A DNA stretch of 64,000 bases from Bacilli bacterium (lineage in GTDB: Bacteria; Bacillota_I; Bacilli_A; RF39; UBA660), in NCBI GenBank assembly GCA_017542065.1, contig JAFXXX010000019.1, forward strand, positions 59,705 through 123,704, read 5' to 3'. The notes beneath the pieces were generated by a model that was not told the origin of the DNA, did no database searches, and saw only the letters and a program-made list of their open reading frames with translations. Position 1 is the stretch's first letter. Each line of letters begins with the position of its first letter. Shown one piece after another: positions 60,941-64,000 of this stretch. Made by a program: the position numbers and the translations under genes.

Positions 60941-61450
60941 CTATTTTTTTAGTTTATAATAATTTCCATTTTGAAAACCATCTTTAGTTAGTTTTCTTCT
61001 AACAAAAGATTCAAGTGTTCTCCAAAACTTAGTAGTCAACGGTTCTTTATTACCTATTCTATCTACTAGTATTACTTTAAAATCATTCTTATGAGCGCCC
61101 CATACATCAGTCATAAACTGATCACCTATAAATATAGATTCATTAGTATTATAAATCTTTTTAATCTTTTTATAAGTTCTATTTAATGGTTTCATTGATG
61201 AAGTATATCCTGTAATGCCTAGGTCTTCAATTATAGAGTTAATTCTATGACTATTAGAGTTAGATACTATTACAAGATTAAAATCTTTTTTTAATTCATT
61301 AAATAGTTTTATATTATCTTCAGTTACTTTATCTTCTGTATATGGAATGATTGTATTATCTACATCAAAGAATATATTCTTGATACCAAGATCTTTTAAT
61401 TCTTTATAATCAATTTCATAGATGTCTTTATAATATGCGTCTGGTTTCAT
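60941..61450 (-). CDS. yqeG: YqeG family HAD IIIA phosphatase
   Basis: FDVDNTI, VSNSN, KP and IGDQFMTDVWGA motifs. Confidence 0.9.
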   Translation of the reverse strand: MKPDAYYKDIYEIDYKELKDLGIKNIFFDVDNTIIPYTEDKVTEDNIKLFNELKKDFNLVIVSNSNSHRINSIIEDLGITGYTSSMKPLNRTYKKIKKIYNTNESIFIGDQFMTDVWGAHKNDFKVILVDRIGNKEPLTTKFWRTLESFVRRKLTKDGFQNGNYYKLKK

Positions 61451-62275
61451 TTATTTATTTAATCCTTTCAAAATATATTCCCTTTTATTCATTAAAAATC
61501 TAAATCTTTTTGGATAAATTCTATTATTAATAAATATCTTATTTAAATCATTTATCTTAACAATATATAATATTCCAATTAAATATATACTTAGTACAAA
61601 TAATGATATTAATAATAAGTTATACATCATTGTACTTTTAGCATCTGTAATTATTGAGAAGAATAAATTATATGTAGTATGTATTAACATTGGTATTAAT
61701 AAACCTTTTAAAAGTAATACAAACTTCTTTTCTTTTAATCTAGAAAACTTAGATATTGATACATAATAACCCATTACTATTCCACATGCTATATGAAGAG
61801 GAATTGTAGTAAAATTACGAAGTAATGCAAGCGATGACATAGATGTATAACTATCTTCTCTAATAACATATAAGAATGTTTCTATTAATGCAAATGAAAG
61901 TGCAATAACAGCAGAATAAACAAATCCATCATATATATCATCATATGCTTTATTATGAGAAATAAACACATATAAAGCTGTTAATTTAGCAAATTCTTCT
62001 ACTAAAGCAAGAATAGCTATTCTAGTTAAATTAAGTGTTTTATATGTATTAAATAAATCTGAAAAGAAATTAGATCTTAATATATATTTATCTATTAATA
62101 ATGATATACAAATAGTAAATACTCCAGATAAAACTGCTATTAAAATCATAGGTATTGGTTCTTTTGATTTTCTATCAGAATACATAATTAAAATAAACAT
62201 TAATATACTTGGTAATATAGTAATAGCTAAAACTGTTATTAACTCTACTATTGTTAATCCTGAAAATGCACCCAT
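61451..62275 (-). CDS. prsW: PrsW family intramembrane metalloprotease
   Basis: D..KEP, VEEFAK, DGFVY...LSFALIE, H and H..YN motifs. Confidence 0.88.
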   Translation of the reverse strand: MGAFSGLTIVELITVLAITILPSILMFILIMYSDRKSKEPIPMILIAVLSGVFTICISLLIDKYILRSNFFSDLFNTYKTLNLTRIAILALVEEFAKLTALYVFISHNKAYDDIYDGFVYSAVIALSFALIETFLYVIREDSYTSMSSLALLRNFTTIPLHIACGIVMGYYVSISKFSRLKEKKFVLLLKGLLIPMLIHTTYNLFFSIITDAKSTMMYNLLLISLFVLSIYLIGILYIVKINDLNKIFINNRIYPKRFRFLMNKREYILKGLNK

Positions 62276-62365
62276 TTTTATTCATCTCCTACTATATTAA
62301 TTATATCATATATATAATAATTATAAGACTAAAAACATATTTGTTTACAAATAAAAAAAGAGTAA

Positions 62366-63070
62366 TTATTTACCCTTCTTTTTATTTTTACCTCTATGTG
62401 CTCTTAATGTTAAAGGAACAGCATAACCAAAATATGATGTTGAGCCATCATTAATACTATCCTTTAAGAAAGTTATTTGATGTCTTACAGATGTATCAGT
62501 TGGATTAACTCCTTCTACATAATTAAGAAAACCAAGTTTCTTACTATAATCACGAACATCAATCATTCCTTTAGCATATACTTTTCCTTCTGGTAAACGA
62601 TTATAATTAGCATTACATTCACCATAAACAGAACCAGTATAATCACATGTATCATAGAATTCAACTAAAGCATAATTAGAAAAGCTCTTAGAATAATTAT
62701 CTCTTATGAATTTAATAAATTCTCTATTTACTTGACTAGATACTTTTGAAGATTCATAAAGTGGAGCATGTTTAATCTTTTCTATACATACTTTTTGAAA
62801 TTCTAATATTTTTTCAGCAGCTTCTTTTTCAACTAAGAATCCAATCTTACCACACATAAGCATAAAATCAACCTTTATTCCTTTTTGCCCTTGACTAATT
62901 AGATATTGAAGCATTGCCTTATTACACTTAAATAAAATACTATCTGTATCATTATGTAATTCATTTTCTAAATAAGTTTTGCCCTTTATACTAAGTTCAG
63001 CATAATCAGTACAATAAAGAGCAACATATTCTTTTTTCTTTTCTTGTTGCTTCTCTTCAATCTTTTCCAT
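62366..63070 (-). CDS. hypothetical protein (ORFan)
   Basis: 234 aa with a GGGGGA SD and a basic C-terminal tail. Confidence 0.7.
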   Translation of the reverse strand: MEKIEEKQQEKKKEYVALYCTDYAELSIKGKTYLENELHNDTDSILFKCNKAMLQYLISQGQKGIKVDFMLMCGKIGFLVEKEAAEKILEFQKVCIEKIKHAPLYESSKVSSQVNREFIKFIRDNYSKSFSNYALVEFYDTCDYTGSVYGECNANYNRLPEGKVYAKGMIDVRDYSKKLGFLNYVEGVNPTDTSVRHQITFLKDSINDGSTSYFGYAVPLTLRAHRGKNKKKGK

Positions 63071-63128
63071 ATATATTTCCCCCTGATGGGTAAATATAAT
63101 ACACTATTATTTAAATATATGCAAATTT

Positions 63129-64000
63129 TTAAGCATTAGTTACAATATCAATAATTCTATCTTTAAGTCCTGTTCTTCTTTCATAAGAATTATTATTACT
63201 TACGGCATAAGTAAATGCACTCTTTTCCCCTACTATAGTAAGTGAATGTTTAGCTCTAGTTATACCTGTATAAATAAGTTTCTTATAAAGCATAATTCTA
63301 TATGAACTAATTATTGGAATAATAACTAGATTAAACTCACTACCTTGCGATTTATGTATTGATATAGCATAAGCATGCTTAATAGTAGATAAATCTTTAT
63401 ATTTATAGATAACAACAGTCCCATCAAAATTAATATGAACTTCATCGTCTTCAATTTTTGTTATATAACCAATATCACCATTAAATACATTATTATCAGG
63501 ATCATTTTCTAGTTTTAATACTTTATCATCCACTTTATAGATAGTGTCATAATGTTTAATACTTGGTTTATCATTTGGATTAAAGACTTCTTCAAGCATT
63601 ACATTTAAATTATCTATACCATTTACTCCTTTATACATTGGAGCAAGCACTTGAATATCTTGTGATGTATAACCCTTTTCTATAGCCTTTAAAACTAGTT
63701 TTTTAGTATATTCAAGAAGATTGTCTTTAGTACATTCAATAAAGTTATAATCATCTTTTTTAAGAGTAAAGTCTTCATCTAAATTGTTTTCTCTTATTTC
63801 TTTAGCAAGTGTTGCTATATAAGAGTTTTCTTCTTGTCTATATAGTTCATTTAAGAAGGTAACATTAAGCATATCTGAATCTATTAGATCTTTTAATACT
63901 TTACCAGGAGCTACTGATTCTAATTGATTATAGTCTCCTATCATAACAATATTTACATTTCTATTTAATCCTAGTAATAAATTATTAAGAAGTAATGTAT
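63129..64000 (-). CDS. recD2: RecD2-like ATP-dependent helicase, C-terminal part (starts beyond the window)
   Basis: IGDYNQLESV, YRQ, QVLAPMYKG, VFNGDIG, HAYAISIHKSQGSEF and YTGITRA motifs. Confidence 0.92.
   Translation of the reverse strand, partial: TLLLNNLLLGLNRNVNIVMIGDYNQLESVAPGKVLKDLIDSDMLNVTFLNELYRQEENSYIATLAKEIRENNLDEDFTLKKDDYNFIECTKDNLLEYTKKLVLKAIEKGYTSQDIQVLAPMYKGVNGIDNLNVMLEEVFNPNDKPSIKHYDTIYKVDDKVLKLENDPDNNVFNGDIGYITKIEDDEVHINFDGTVVIYKYKDLSTIKHAYAISIHKSQGSEFNLVIIPIISSYRIMLYKKLIYTGITRAKHSLTIVGEKSAFTYAVSNNNSYERRTGLKDRIIDIVTNA

Noticed and set aside
2955-62454. Short antisense or overlapping ORFs in the track (e.g. 2955-3143, 4505-4705, 4874-5155, 5470-5736, 10462-10938, 16679-16987, 27650-27955, 45754-46128, 51429-51653)
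   Set aside because: They are shadows of longer, well-supported genes, with Ser/Leu/Phe/Ile-rich antisense composition and no RBS.
1-64000. Genetic code 4 (UGA = Trp) as in mycoplasmas
   Set aside because: Conserved Trp residues are encoded by TGG, long genes are open under code 11, and lspA ends in TGA (52077-52079).
1-64000. CRISPR array, tRNA or rRNA genes, IS elements
   Set aside because: No regularly spaced repeats, cloverleaf motifs, rRNA-like GC-rich tracts or transposase motifs were seen.

Overview
This is a very AT-rich chromosomal segment of a genome-reduced, low-GC Bacillota. An RF39-like uncultured Bacilli origin is my inference from gene style. The window spans the replication terminus: genes run on the + strand up to about 16.6 kb and mostly on the - strand afterwards, with a Firmicutes-type dif site at the switch (16592-16619). 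The backbone is housekeeping: lon, valS, proS, radC, thyA, mnmA, pgm, xerD, rarA, tcdA, hisS, ackA, PFOR, typA, tkt, lexA, comEA/EC, ftsW, def, rnhC, rluD, lspA, holA, fmt, rseP, cdsA, pyk, dnaE, rpmB and recD2. About 14 lineage-specific ORFans are dropped between these genes, mostly singly. Elements missed by the ORF track are a Val T-box riboswitch, a 6S RNA, a compact OLE RNA of about 510 nt, SOS boxes, an SOS-controlled 51-aa membrane peptide and rpmB. The most notable observations: (1) the OLE RNA is separated from its partner oapA by a terminator and an intervening ORFan; (2) dispersed enzyme-like ORFans without signal peptides share a short basic C-terminal tail and may be an effector repertoire; (3) ThyA is split by a +1 frame change and carries large insertions; (4) a metallopeptidase-like gene sits between the Val T-box and valS; (5) the transketolase is catalytically degenerate. 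No CRISPR array, IS element, prophage, rRNA or tRNA was seen. All calls come from reading motifs by eye; no database searches were run.
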